This document shows positions 1 to 8,887 of a stretch of 64,000 nt of DNA, one piece after another. The position numbers and the translations under genes were made by a program. The stretch spans positions 28,007 to 92,006 of the forward strand of contig JBDRCN010000051.1 in the NCBI GenBank assembly GCA_043821705.1, given 5' to 3'. The notes under the pieces were generated by a model that was not told the DNA's origin, made no database searches, and worked only from the letters and a program-made list of their open reading frames with translations. This DNA comes from Candidatus Omnitrophota bacterium. GTDB taxonomy: Bacteria; Omnitrophota; Gorgyraeia; Gorgyraeales; Gorgyraeaceae. Position 1 is the first letter of the stretch, and every line of letters begins with the position of its first letter.

Positions 1-1
1 T

Positions 2-700
2 TATTTTTATGTTAGCGAGAAAAGGGGAAGTATAAAGAATGTAAATTTTGCTACATTTTTACTTATATTTTCTGCGATCGGCCTGACTTTTTCAAGGGGC
101 ACATGGATCTCTTTGATATTGATGCTCACGGTTTGGATGGCATTAAAAAGGAAGTTCAAGTGGATTGTTTTAGTGTGGAGCCTGGCTGTATTGTTTATCT
201 GGTTCTCTTCTTCAAGGTTTTGTTTTATCCCGGGCTTTAGGCATCGCTTTAGGATAGAACTATTGAGGCATTATATTAAATATGCTCACAGGACAGGTGC
301 GTATTTAGTTACTTGGAGCATGTTAAAAGAACACCCTTTTGTAGGTATTGGTCTAGGTCATTTTAGAGTATTATTTAATCTCTATTCAAATACGAAGCGT
401 AGCTATGAAGTCATGATCCCTGACAGCGTTTATCTCATGCATTTGGCAGAGACAGGTATTATCGGATTCGCAGGTTTTATAGCATTTTTAGGGAGTATAT
501 TTAGGAAACTCTTTATATCGTATGGGAAATCTGAAGAAAATAGTAAAAAGCTGATTTTTTATATGTCCATAAGCTTTATAGGCCTGTTGTTTAATATGAA
601 TACTTATGATGTTTTTTTATGGAAGACACCGCTTTATCTGTTTTGGTTGTTTTGTGGAATTTTAATGTCTTTTTCTATGGAAGAGCAAGCTCGTCTATAA
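2..700 (+). CDS. O-antigen ligase/Wzy_C-family membrane protein (5' partial)
   Basis: Frame is open from window start; LTFSRGTW motif, HPFVGIGLGHF and YLMHLAETGIIG motifs, multiple TM segments. Confidence 0.8.
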   Translation, partial: YFYVSEKRGSIKNVNFATFLLIFSAIGLTFSRGTWISLILMLTVWMALKRKFKWIVLVWSLAVLFIWFSSSRFCFIPGFRHRFRIELLRHYIKYAHRTGAYLVTWSMLKEHPFVGIGLGHFRVLFNLYSNTKRSYEVMIPDSVYLMHLAETGIIGFAGFIAFLGSIFRKLFISYGKSEENSKKLIFYMSISFIGLLFNMNTYDVFLWKTPLYLFWLFCGILMSFSMEEQARL

Positions 701-1817
701 ACGTATCAAGGTCATCTATAATTTTTTCCCAGTTATATCTTAGCGATGCTTCTCTAGCAGCCTGCCCCATTTTTAATACGATATCTTTATTATCTGCAAG
801 ATAGGCCAATTTTTTAGACATCTCAGTGGAAGATAGCGGGGTAAGAAGCCCGGTGACATTATTATCTATTATCTCTTTTGGGCCGCCTTGATCTATTGCT
901 ATTACAGGTTTTCCATAAGCCATTGCTTCTATAATAGTGATGCCAAAGTCTTCGTTGGGGGTAGTGGAAAGAGTTGCATAGCTATTTTGGAAAAGCTTAC
1001 GGAAAGTGTTTTTATCCGGATCTGGTATAATTTTTATTTTTTTATTGTTTTTAGATAGTTTTACTAGATAGTTATAGTATTTCTCGCTTCTTTTGTCTAA
1101 TTGTCCGGCTATGATAAGTTCAAAATTATTGTTTTTTTTGCAAAATATATTAAATGCTTCTATAGAAAGTTCAATATTTTTCCACCACTTTAGTCTGGCA
1201 GGGTGCAGAAAATAATTGTCATATTTCCATGTAGGAGTTATATTTTTACAATTTACCCCATTTGGCAATATGTGAATATGATTTTTGCTTATAAGATCAG
1301 CATTCAGAATTCTTTTTTTTACTTCTTGGCTTATCGTTATGGCATGTTTATAGTTTTTCCATGCTATCTTATCAATTGCCTTAAAGATATTAGACGCTAA
1401 GAGAAAAATAGGTTTTTTAAGTATATTTTTCTTTAAATAGACACCTTTCATGAAAGGATCATGAATAACTTTAATAGGGGTATGACAGAAGCATAAAATA
1501 GGTAAAGAGTGGTTTCTGAGCGTTATAAGATCTCCAAGCCCTTCGCTGTGTACTATCAATGCATCGTATTTTGAAAGGTTTATTTTTTGGAAGCACACCT
1601 TTAAAGCAGCCAGTAATACTTTTAAATATCCGCGCTCAACAGGTATTTTTGATAGCTCTACAATGTCTAAGTTCCTGAATTCTTTAAATGTTTGATCTTT
1701 ATCATAGTGGCTTGTAAAGATGGTCCAATTATGACGGCTACGCTTCACTGTTTCTAGTATAGTTTTCTCTATGCCACTTTTTAGATATATCCAAGGGTAA
1801 TATAAGGCAATTTTCAT
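675..1817 (-). CDS. Glycosyltransferase family 4 (GT-B)
   Basis: EDFGITIIEAMAYGKPVIA..GGPKEII signature. Confidence 0.9.
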   Translation of the reverse strand: MKIALYYPWIYLKSGIEKTILETVKRSRHNWTIFTSHYDKDQTFKEFRNLDIVELSKIPVERGYLKVLLAALKVCFQKINLSKYDALIVHSEGLGDLITLRNHSLPILCFCHTPIKVIHDPFMKGVYLKKNILKKPIFLLASNIFKAIDKIAWKNYKHAITISQEVKKRILNADLISKNHIHILPNGVNCKNITPTWKYDNYFLHPARLKWWKNIELSIEAFNIFCKKNNNFELIIAGQLDKRSEKYYNYLVKLSKNNKKIKIIPDPDKNTFRKLFQNSYATLSTTPNEDFGITIIEAMAYGKPVIAIDQGGPKEIIDNNVTGLLTPLSSTEMSKKLAYLADNKDIVLKMGQAAREASLRYNWEKIIDDLDTFIDELALP

Positions 1818-1840
1818 TTCGTTTTCTTTTTTAAAAAATG

Positions 1841-1849
1841 TGTTATAAT
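1841..1849 (+). promoter_or_regulatory. Extended -10 promoter (TGtTATAAT), probably leaderless for the next gene
   Basis: TATAAT at 1844-1849, 6 nt before ATG 1856, no SD. Confidence 0.45.
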
Positions 1850-1855
1850 GAAGTT

Positions 1856-2923
1856 ATGGAAAATAAAAAAACCAGCTTTGAAGATCGGTTGATATTTTTA
1901 TGTGCTCAGATAAAAACCACAACAGCTCAAATTGATGAGATTAAAGAGGTCTTAGCGCATAATCTGTCATGGGAACATGTTATTGCAGTATCAAGTAAGC
2001 ATGGTGTGTCCCCATTTTTATATTATAATCTAAAAAAGACAGATTTGTCAAACTTGATATCAAAAGATATTTTTGGAAGATTGAAAAATATTTATTATTT
2101 GAATTTAGCTAGAAATTTAAAATTATTAAATGAAGTATATATTTTGATATATTCTTTAAGAAAAAACGGGATCGATGTTATCCCGCTAAAAGGAGCATGT
2201 TTGTTGGAGACAGTCTATAAGGATCCTGGCTTAAGAAGAATAGCTGATATTGATATTTTGGTAAAAGAAAAAGATCTGGATAAATTAAGAGAAAATATGC
2301 CAAATGAGTACATTGAATGGGAATGCGCTGACCTAACTCAAAAGAAAAAACATACAAATTTTACAAGATCAATAACAAAGTTCTTAAAATTACATCTAGA
2401 CGTACATACGAATATATCAAATCTATCTATGCCAAGACCTCATAAAATAGATATTCCGCTATGGGATAGGGCTGAGATATATGATATAAACGGTAAAGAT
2501 ATTTATTTTTTATCAAAAGAAGATACTTTCTTAAATTTAGCCATTCATTTGAGGAGGCATACTCGTGTGGCGACGTTAAAGTTAAAATATTTGCAGGATA
2601 TTGCAGAGCTGCTTAAGGCTTACGGAAAAGACTTTGACTGGAGATATATATTAAGGATGGCAAAGAAGAATAATATTAAGAATGCTGTGTTTTATGCGTT
2701 GTTTATTTGTAAGAAGTTTTTTGGAGTTTCTGTTAATGAGGAAGTTTTTTTTAGTCTTAGACCAAACAGTCTTATAGTCAAAATTATGGATATCTTACTT
2801 AATAAAGAGACATTTTTTAAATTAAAACCATGGCATGGAGTGATATTGAGATTGTTGATGTTTGATAGGTTTTACTATGTTTTTTGTTATCTACATATAA
2901 TAGTTTTTAGAAAATGGGACTAG
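1856..2923 (+). CDS. Uncharacterised nucleotidyltransferase (NTP_transf_5-like)
   Basis: LKGA..L...Y.DPGLR...DIDILV motif, LDVH, LQDIAELL; start could be 1838 or 1856. Confidence 0.8.
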   Translation: MENKKTSFEDRLIFLCAQIKTTTAQIDEIKEVLAHNLSWEHVIAVSSKHGVSPFLYYNLKKTDLSNLISKDIFGRLKNIYYLNLARNLKLLNEVYILIYSLRKNGIDVIPLKGACLLETVYKDPGLRRIADIDILVKEKDLDKLRENMPNEYIEWECADLTQKKKHTNFTRSITKFLKLHLDVHTNISNLSMPRPHKIDIPLWDRAEIYDINGKDIYFLSKEDTFLNLAIHLRRHTRVATLKLKYLQDIAELLKAYGKDFDWRYILRMAKKNNIKNAVFYALFICKKFFGVSVNEEVFFSLRPNSLIVKIMDILLNKETFFKLKPWHGVILRLLMFDRFYYVFCYLHIIVFRKWD

Positions 2924-2989
2924 ATACATAAAGTTATTTACCTTAAGAACAAACTATTGTATACTGTGGAGTATGGAGAAGCGTGAAAT

Positions 2990-4957
2990 ATGAAAAGTGA
3001 ATACATGGCTATAAAAAACCAAACAAATCTTCCAAGAATACCACTTGAGGCAAGTATAGATCTTACCTATAGATGTAATAATAACTGCAGGCATTGCTGG
3101 AATCGGATACCTGGAAACTCAAAAAAAGAAAAAGAAGAGCTTTCGTTAGAAGAGATTAAAAATATAGCTTCTGAAGCCAGGAGCCTAGGAACAAGGAAAT
3201 GGCTTATCTCTGGTGGGGAGCCTATGCTGAGGCAGGATTTTATAGATATATTTGATTATTTGACCAGCCATTCCAAAAGCTTTCATCTTAATACAAATGG
3301 CACCCTGATTACTCCCAAGATAGCAAAAGTTTTTAAAAAGAGGCGCGGCGCTATAATGGTGGCTTTATATGGCGGAGATAAAAAGGTGCATGACCATATT
3401 ACCCGCAACCCAGGCTCATTTGAGCAAGCTTTAAGAGGTTTTAGATATCTAAAAGAAGAAGGGGTTAGATTTATAGTTCAGCTGATTCCCATGAAAGATA
3501 ATTTCCATCAGATAGATAAAATGAAAGAATTAGCTAAATCTCTCAGTGATGTTTATAGAATAGGCGCTTCATGGCTATTTGGTTCTGGATGCGCGGAAAG
3601 AAATAAAGAGATATTTAAGCAAAGGCTTCCTGCGGAAGTGGTGGTAGATTTAGACAAACCTGATATGTCATATGATAATAATGGTTTTGATCCGGAAGAA
3701 GAGGTTAAAAAAGAGGAGAGTTGCAGTATTAATACGAAGGGTATTTTTTCATCCTGCATAGACATGAGGCGTAATTTTCACATAGACCCCTGTGGAAAAA
3801 TGAGCTTCTGCAGTTTTGTTATAGGCCCGGAATTACGATACGACTTAAAATCAGGAACATTAAAAGATGCATGGGAGAATTTTATCCCATCTTTAAAAAA
3901 TAAGCTTACTGCTACAGAAAGATACCAGAAAACTTGCGGTTCGTGTGAACTTAGAGGAGATTGTAAGACATGTCCTGCTTATAGTTATTTGGAACATAAA
4001 AATTATTCAGGGAAGATAGGTTATCTTTGCGATGCAGCAAAAGAGACAAAGAAATATAAGGATAACTGGAAAAAGAATCACAGGAGGTTTTACGAAATAG
4101 CTGATATCAGTATACAGGTTGATTCAGATCTTCCTATAACAGATAAGACCTTTGCCAGTAAGTTTAAAGAGTTTGAAATAAAAAGCCCAGAAAAAGACAT
4201 AGTTAAAATAAGGCATCACTTTGGCATACCTGACATAACAAAAAAAGTTCTAGGAGAGGAGGTCTATCGTAAAGCACCATGGGCAATATATAAAAAGAAA
4301 AATTCCTGGATATATTTAGGTATATCTCCGATAGAAGACGATAAGCACCTTGATAGAATCGCTGTCTTTAATAAAGAGCATACTAGGCTAAGAGTGTATA
4401 ATACTAAGAGCAATAAGTTATTAAATAATTGCTCAACATCTTTAACTTTTTTTCCTAATGACCAGATAATGATTTCCAGGGCCTTGGCAGACAGAAATGG
4501 GTGTTATTTTCATTCAAGCGGAGTGGATTTTGAAGGAAAAGGCCTGTTGTTTATAGGACACGCAGAGGCAGGTAAGACTACAATGGCCAAGCTTTTGGAG
4601 GAAAAAGGAGCGGATATATTGTGCGATGAGCGTGTTATAGCCAGGAAAAAAAATGGCCAGTTCAGAATATATGGCACCTGGGATCATAGTGATTGGAATA
4701 AAGTGCTTAATAAAAGCGCTCCCTTAAAAGGAATATTCTTTCTTGAAAAATCAAAGCATAATTACTTAGAAAAAGTAAAGAATAAACAGATAATCATAAA
4801 AAAGCTTCTTTCAAGGGTTGTTAGGCCATTTGTAGATAAAGAATGGTGGGATAAGATAGTTTCAATAATAGAAGCTTTATCAAATGAAGTACCATGTTAT
4901 TTTGTCTATTTTGATAAGACAGGCAGGATAGCAGAGGTATTAAGGAAGTTAAAATGA
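2990..4957 (+). CDS. Radical SAM/SPASM maturase fused to a C-terminal HPr-kinase-like P-loop domain
   Basis: CNNNCRHC, SGGEP, SPASM cysteines (CGSCELRGDCKTCP); C-terminal HSSGV..GLLFIGHAEAGKTT..ILCDE. Confidence 0.85.
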   Translation: MKSEYMAIKNQTNLPRIPLEASIDLTYRCNNNCRHCWNRIPGNSKKEKEELSLEEIKNIASEARSLGTRKWLISGGEPMLRQDFIDIFDYLTSHSKSFHLNTNGTLITPKIAKVFKKRRGAIMVALYGGDKKVHDHITRNPGSFEQALRGFRYLKEEGVRFIVQLIPMKDNFHQIDKMKELAKSLSDVYRIGASWLFGSGCAERNKEIFKQRLPAEVVVDLDKPDMSYDNNGFDPEEEVKKEESCSINTKGIFSSCIDMRRNFHIDPCGKMSFCSFVIGPELRYDLKSGTLKDAWENFIPSLKNKLTATERYQKTCGSCELRGDCKTCPAYSYLEHKNYSGKIGYLCDAAKETKKYKDNWKKNHRRFYEIADISIQVDSDLPITDKTFASKFKEFEIKSPEKDIVKIRHHFGIPDITKKVLGEEVYRKAPWAIYKKKNSWIYLGISPIEDDKHLDRIAVFNKEHTRLRVYNTKSNKLLNNCSTSLTFFPNDQIMISRALADRNGCYFHSSGVDFEGKGLLFIGHAEAGKTTMAKLLEEKGADILCDERVIARKKNGQFRIYGTWDHSDWNKVLNKSAPLKGIFFLEKSKHNYLEKVKNKQIIIKKLLSRVVRPFVDKEWWDKIVSIIEALSNEVPCYFVYFDKTGRIAEVLRKLK

Positions 4958-4998
4958 AAGTTCAATTTTTAAGAAAATCTTCAATATTTGCAAAAGTG

Positions 4999-5007
4999 TG
5001 GTATAAT
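4999..5007 (+). promoter_or_regulatory. Extended -10 promoter for precursor peptide 1
   Basis: TGgTATAAT; AGGAGG SD follows at 5041. Confidence 0.5.
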
Positions 5008-5053
5008 ATATTAAAGATATATAAGCCATATTGTTAAAATAGGAGGATGTTTT

Positions 5054-5263
5054 ATGAAACAAAAAAAATGGGATAAGCCTGAATTGATTGTATTGTTGAG
5101 AGGAGAACCTGGAGAAGATGTTTTAATAGGGCAGTGCAAAACAGACACCGATGGTACTGACAAAATAGGGCCTATGGATGTAATAACAGGTTGCAGAGTT
5201 AACGCAGGTTGGATGGGCTGTCCGCCGGAGACAGCGTGCAGAGATTTTAGTTATACAACTTAG
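5054..5263 (+). CDS. Putative RiPP precursor peptide 1 (69 aa, 4 Cys)
   Basis: Strong SD; WDKPEL leader motif; Cys28/47/56/62; lies between rSAM genes; paralog downstream. Confidence 0.8.
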   Translation: MKQKKWDKPELIVLLRGEPGEDVLIGQCKTDTDGTDKIGPMDVITGCRVNAGWMGCPPETACRDFSYTT

Positions 5264-5361
5264 CTAGCTCAGGAGGCTGAGAAAGTCTCGTTTTGTGTAT
5301 AATTTTGCTTTAGTAATAGTAGGATTTATAAATTTGTTATGTTAAAAAAGGGGTATTTATT

Positions 5362-5577
5362 ATGAAACAAAAAAAATAGAATAAGCCTGAATTGATTGTA
5401 TTGTTGAGAGGGGAGCCAGGAGAGTCAGTATTAGTCGGTGAATGTCTTACTGTATCAGCCGAGCCAGAGTTAGGTTCTAGTATAGGTGCAGCAGCAGAGG
5501 TAAACAATTGTGCATTGGTAAGATCTGCTGGTTGTGCAGCTATACAATGCAGTGCTATAGGCTATGAAGTCATATAG
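5362..5577 (+). pseudogene. Putative RiPP precursor peptide 2 with in-frame TAG at codon 6 (MKQKK*NKPELIVLLRGEPGESVLVGEC...)
   Basis: 5' end nearly identical to precursor 1; TGG replaced by TAG at 5377-5379; reading frame otherwise intact to 5577. Confidence 0.7.
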
Positions 5578-5646
5578 GGGATTTCTGCTTTTATTTGTCT
5601 CGGCCCAAGATGAGATTGCAATCTAAATATTTAAAAGAAGCTAGCT

Positions 5647-6828
5647 ATGCATCAGGTATATGTAAAGAAAAAAAACATAAAACCTTATTTAGGTACTTTA
5701 ACCATAGAGCTTACAGAGAGGTGTAATAATAACTGCACTCACTGCTGTATTAACCTACCTGAACAGGACCTAGAGGCAAAAAGAAAAGAACTTTCCACAG
5801 ATAAGATAAAGTCTATTATTGAAGAGGCGCTTATTCTTGGCTGTAGGAAGATATGGTTTACAGGAGGAGAGCCTCTTCTAAGAGAGGATTTTGAAGACAT
5901 ATACATATTTACGCGTAAACTTGGGTTAAGAGTACTTCTTTTTACTAATGCTATGCTTATTACTCCTCGCATAATAGATGTTTTTAAAAAATATCCACCT
6001 AATGAAAAAATAGAAGTCACAGTATATGGATTAACTAAACAATCCTATGAATCTTCTACCAGGGTTCCTGGTTCTTTTGAAAAATTTAATCAAGGTACAA
6101 ACTTATTAAAAGAAAACAATATCCCATTTGTAATCAAGACAGCTTTATTGCCAGGAAATAAGCATGAAATGGGTAAAATACGAAGTTTTTCAGATTCCCT
6201 TCCTGCTACAGAGCTTGGCCTTCATTATTCTCTGCATTTTGACCTGCGAGGAAGAAGGGATGATGAAAAAAAGAACAACATGATAAAGCAATTAAGGATT
6301 TCTTCAAGAGATTCACTAGAGGTTTTAGCGAAAAATCGCGATGCTTATATTAAAGAGAAAAAGTTATATTGCAATAGATTTAATGGCTTAAAGGGAGATA
6401 GGCTTTTTTCATGCGGCGCAGGAATGCAGGGGGCGACTCTGGATGCTTATGGAAATCTACAACCCTGCGTTCTTCTTCGCCACCCTGATACAGTTTATGA
6501 CATTAAGAAAGGCACATTAAAAGAAGGGCTTAAAAAAATGCTCTATGAGGTGAGGAATATCCGTGCTGCTAACCCTGATTATTTATCCCGTTGTGCAAAA
6601 TGTTTTATAAAAGTATTATGTGAGCAGTGCCCAGGAAAATCATGGGGAGAACACGGTACTCTGGATACGCCGGTTGAATATCTTTGCAGTCTTGCGCATG
6701 GTTCTGCAAGATTTCTTGGCCTTTTAAAAGATAATGAAAGGGCGTGGGAGATTGAAGATGGGATAGAGAGGATGGAGAGGTTCACAGGCAAGAAAATAAA
6801 GGAGGTAGAAAGTGTCAACAAAAGTTAA
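5647..6828 (+). CDS. Radical SAM/SPASM domain peptide maturase
   Basis: CNNNCTHC, TGGEP, SCGAG..GNLQPC, CAKC...LCEQCP. Confidence 0.88.
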   Translation: MHQVYVKKKNIKPYLGTLTIELTERCNNNCTHCCINLPEQDLEAKRKELSTDKIKSIIEEALILGCRKIWFTGGEPLLREDFEDIYIFTRKLGLRVLLFTNAMLITPRIIDVFKKYPPNEKIEVTVYGLTKQSYESSTRVPGSFEKFNQGTNLLKENNIPFVIKTALLPGNKHEMGKIRSFSDSLPATELGLHYSLHFDLRGRRDDEKKNNMIKQLRISSRDSLEVLAKNRDAYIKEKKLYCNRFNGLKGDRLFSCGAGMQGATLDAYGNLQPCVLLRHPDTVYDIKKGTLKEGLKKMLYEVRNIRAANPDYLSRCAKCFIKVLCEQCPGKSWGEHGTLDTPVEYLCSLAHGSARFLGLLKDNERAWEIEDGIERMERFTGKKIKEVESVNKS

Positions 6829-7120
6829 TCTTGATAAAATTTATAATATCTCTGACGAAGATGTTGTAGCTAGGGAAGTTGCTGGGGAATTTTTAATTAT
6901 TCCTATAACATCAGGCGTAGGAGATATAGAAGATGAGATCTATACTCTAAATGCTACAGGCAAGGCTATATGGGATAAGATAGATGGTAAAAAAACATTA
7001 AAAGAGCTAGCTTCAGAGCTTGCTGCTGAGTTTGAGGGCACTTCTGAAGACATTGAAAGAGATGTCACAGGCATAACAGAGGAGCTTTTAAAAAGAAATA
7101 TAATCTCTGAAAAGAAATAA
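6812..7120 (+). CDS. PqqD-family RiPP recognition element (RRE)
   Basis: DVVAREVAGE..IIP, IYTLNATGKAIWDKIDGKKTL, ~100 aa. Confidence 0.88.
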   Translation: MSTKVNLDKIYNISDEDVVAREVAGEFLIIPITSGVGDIEDEIYTLNATGKAIWDKIDGKKTLKELASELAAEFEGTSEDIERDVTGITEELLKRNIISEKK

Positions 7121-7121
7121 T

Positions 7122-7613
7122 ATGTATCTTAGATATAAGGATGAAGTTGCTTATTTTTATAACGAGGAAATGATTGATTTAATGAAAGAAGCTTTCAAAA
7201 AAGGTAATTCCTTTCGTTTTAAGGCCAAAGGGTTTAGTATGTCGCCTTTCATTAAAGGCGGAGATGTTATTACTATTAAGCCGTTAAAAGAAGTTTCTTT
7301 GATAATAGGCGATATAGTATCTTTTATAAGCCCTAAAACAAATAGCCTTGCAGTGCACAGGATAGTCTCCATAAAAAAAAACGGTTGTGTGTTTAAAGGG
7401 GACAATAGCTTTAATTCTGATGGATTGGTTTTAAATAAGGATATTCTAGGTGTAATAAATAAGATAGAGAGAAATAATAAAGATATTACTTTCGGGCTTG
7501 GTAAGGAAAAAGGTATTATAGTATTTTTAAGTAGGACTAGAATCCTATTTTTATTTTTAAAGGTGTTTAGAGGTGTAAGGCGCTACACCAGGAGATTTTT
7601 TAATGGGAGATGA
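7122..7613 (+). CDS. S24/S26-family serine peptidase (signal-peptidase-like, Ser-His type)
   Basis: GFSMSPFIKGGD, AVHRIV, KGDN motifs. Confidence 0.8.
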   Translation: MYLRYKDEVAYFYNEEMIDLMKEAFKKGNSFRFKAKGFSMSPFIKGGDVITIKPLKEVSLIIGDIVSFISPKTNSLAVHRIVSIKKNGCVFKGDNSFNSDGLVLNKDILGVINKIERNNKDITFGLGKEKGIIVFLSRTRILFLFLKVFRGVRRYTRRFFNGR

Positions 7614-8751
7614 TTTTGTAAAGGTTCAGAAAATAACAGAGTTTAAGTTTAGAGGAAGCTCAAGCTCCACAAATACTCCCAAAGCTTTTAGTTTAGAACT
7701 TACTGCCAGGTGTAATAATAGGTGCGGGCATTGTTACATAGGCTTACCTGCCAATGATAAGGCTGCCAAAGAAAAAGAGTTGTCTTTTGAACAGATTAAA
7801 AGCATAGTTGATCAGGCTGTTTCAATGGGTGTTACAGGATGCCTTTTAACAGGAGGAGAGCCTCTCTTAAGAGATGATTTTTTTGACATCTATTTATACC
7901 TTAAGAAAAAAGGCCTATTTGTGTCTATTTTTACTAATGCCTGCCTTATTACAGAAGAACATGTAAAGCTTTTTAAAAGATATCCGCCGCGTGATGTTGA
8001 AGTAACAGTATATGGCGTTACAAAAGAGACGTATGAAAAAGTCACAAATGTCCCAGGTTCTTTTGATTCTTTTATGAGGGGGCTGAACCTTTTACTAGAT
8101 AATAGTATCAAGGTCAGGTTTAAGGCAATGGCTGTAAGGTCTAATTTAAAAGAACTTGAAGAGATCAAAAAATTCTGTAATGAAAGGACAAAAGATTATT
8201 TTAGATTTGACCCATTGCTTCATTTTAGGTATGACAGAAATGAATTCAGAAACCAGATGATTGCTTCCGAGCGCCTTACGCCTCTAGAAATAGCCCAGAT
8301 AGAAAAAGAGGATTTGAAGAGATTCGAGGTTTTGAAAAAAAACTGTGACAACTATATTATGCCGGAGTTTTTAGATAGAGTTACTAATCGCCTTATCTTA
8401 TGCGGAGCTGGTAATGGGAAATTTGTAGTAACTTATGACGGCTATTTTAAGCTATGCTCATCGCTTCATCATCCAGACTGTATGTATGACCTAAAAAAAG
8501 GCACTTTAAAGGATGCATGGGGAAACTTTATACCTAAAGTGAGGACAATGACCTCAAATAGGAAAGAATTTCTGGAAAAGTGCAGTAAATGCCCTATAAT
8601 AAATCTCTGCCTATGGTGTCCTGCGCATGCGTATCTTGAATCTGGTGAACTGGATAAGCCGATAGATTATTTCTGTGAAGTGGCGCATGCACGTGCGAAA
8701 ATGCTGGAAAGTGCAGTAAAGAAAAAAGAAGATGAAAAATTGCTAAAGTGA
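7603..8751 (+). CDS. Radical SAM/SPASM domain peptide maturase
   Basis: CNNRCGHC, TGGEP, LCGAG..GYFKLC, CSKC...LCLWCP. Confidence 0.88.
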   Translation: MGDDFVKVQKITEFKFRGSSSSTNTPKAFSLELTARCNNRCGHCYIGLPANDKAAKEKELSFEQIKSIVDQAVSMGVTGCLLTGGEPLLRDDFFDIYLYLKKKGLFVSIFTNACLITEEHVKLFKRYPPRDVEVTVYGVTKETYEKVTNVPGSFDSFMRGLNLLLDNSIKVRFKAMAVRSNLKELEEIKKFCNERTKDYFRFDPLLHFRYDRNEFRNQMIASERLTPLEIAQIEKEDLKRFEVLKKNCDNYIMPEFLDRVTNRLILCGAGNGKFVVTYDGYFKLCSSLHHPDCMYDLKKGTLKDAWGNFIPKVRTMTSNRKEFLEKCSKCPIINLCLWCPAHAYLESGELDKPIDYFCEVAHARAKMLESAVKKKEDEKLLK

Positions 8752-8799
8752 TAAATTGCTAAATGGCTAAACTGTTAAATGGCTAAATTGCTAAATTGT
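8752..8799. repeat. Six degenerate 8-bp tandem units (taaattgc consensus)
   Basis: taaattgc taaatggc taaactgt taaatggc taaattgc taaattgt. Confidence 0.85.
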
Positions 8800-8887
8800 T
8801 CAAAATTCAAAAATGATATAAGAAAAAGGACATAAAAATAAGGTAATTTATTTTGTATAAATACTAAAGATAGTATCTTGGGGAAAT

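Noticed and set aside
5377-5379. Genome-wide stop codon reassignment
   Set aside because: TAG, TGA and TAA all end conserved genes at expected positions in this window
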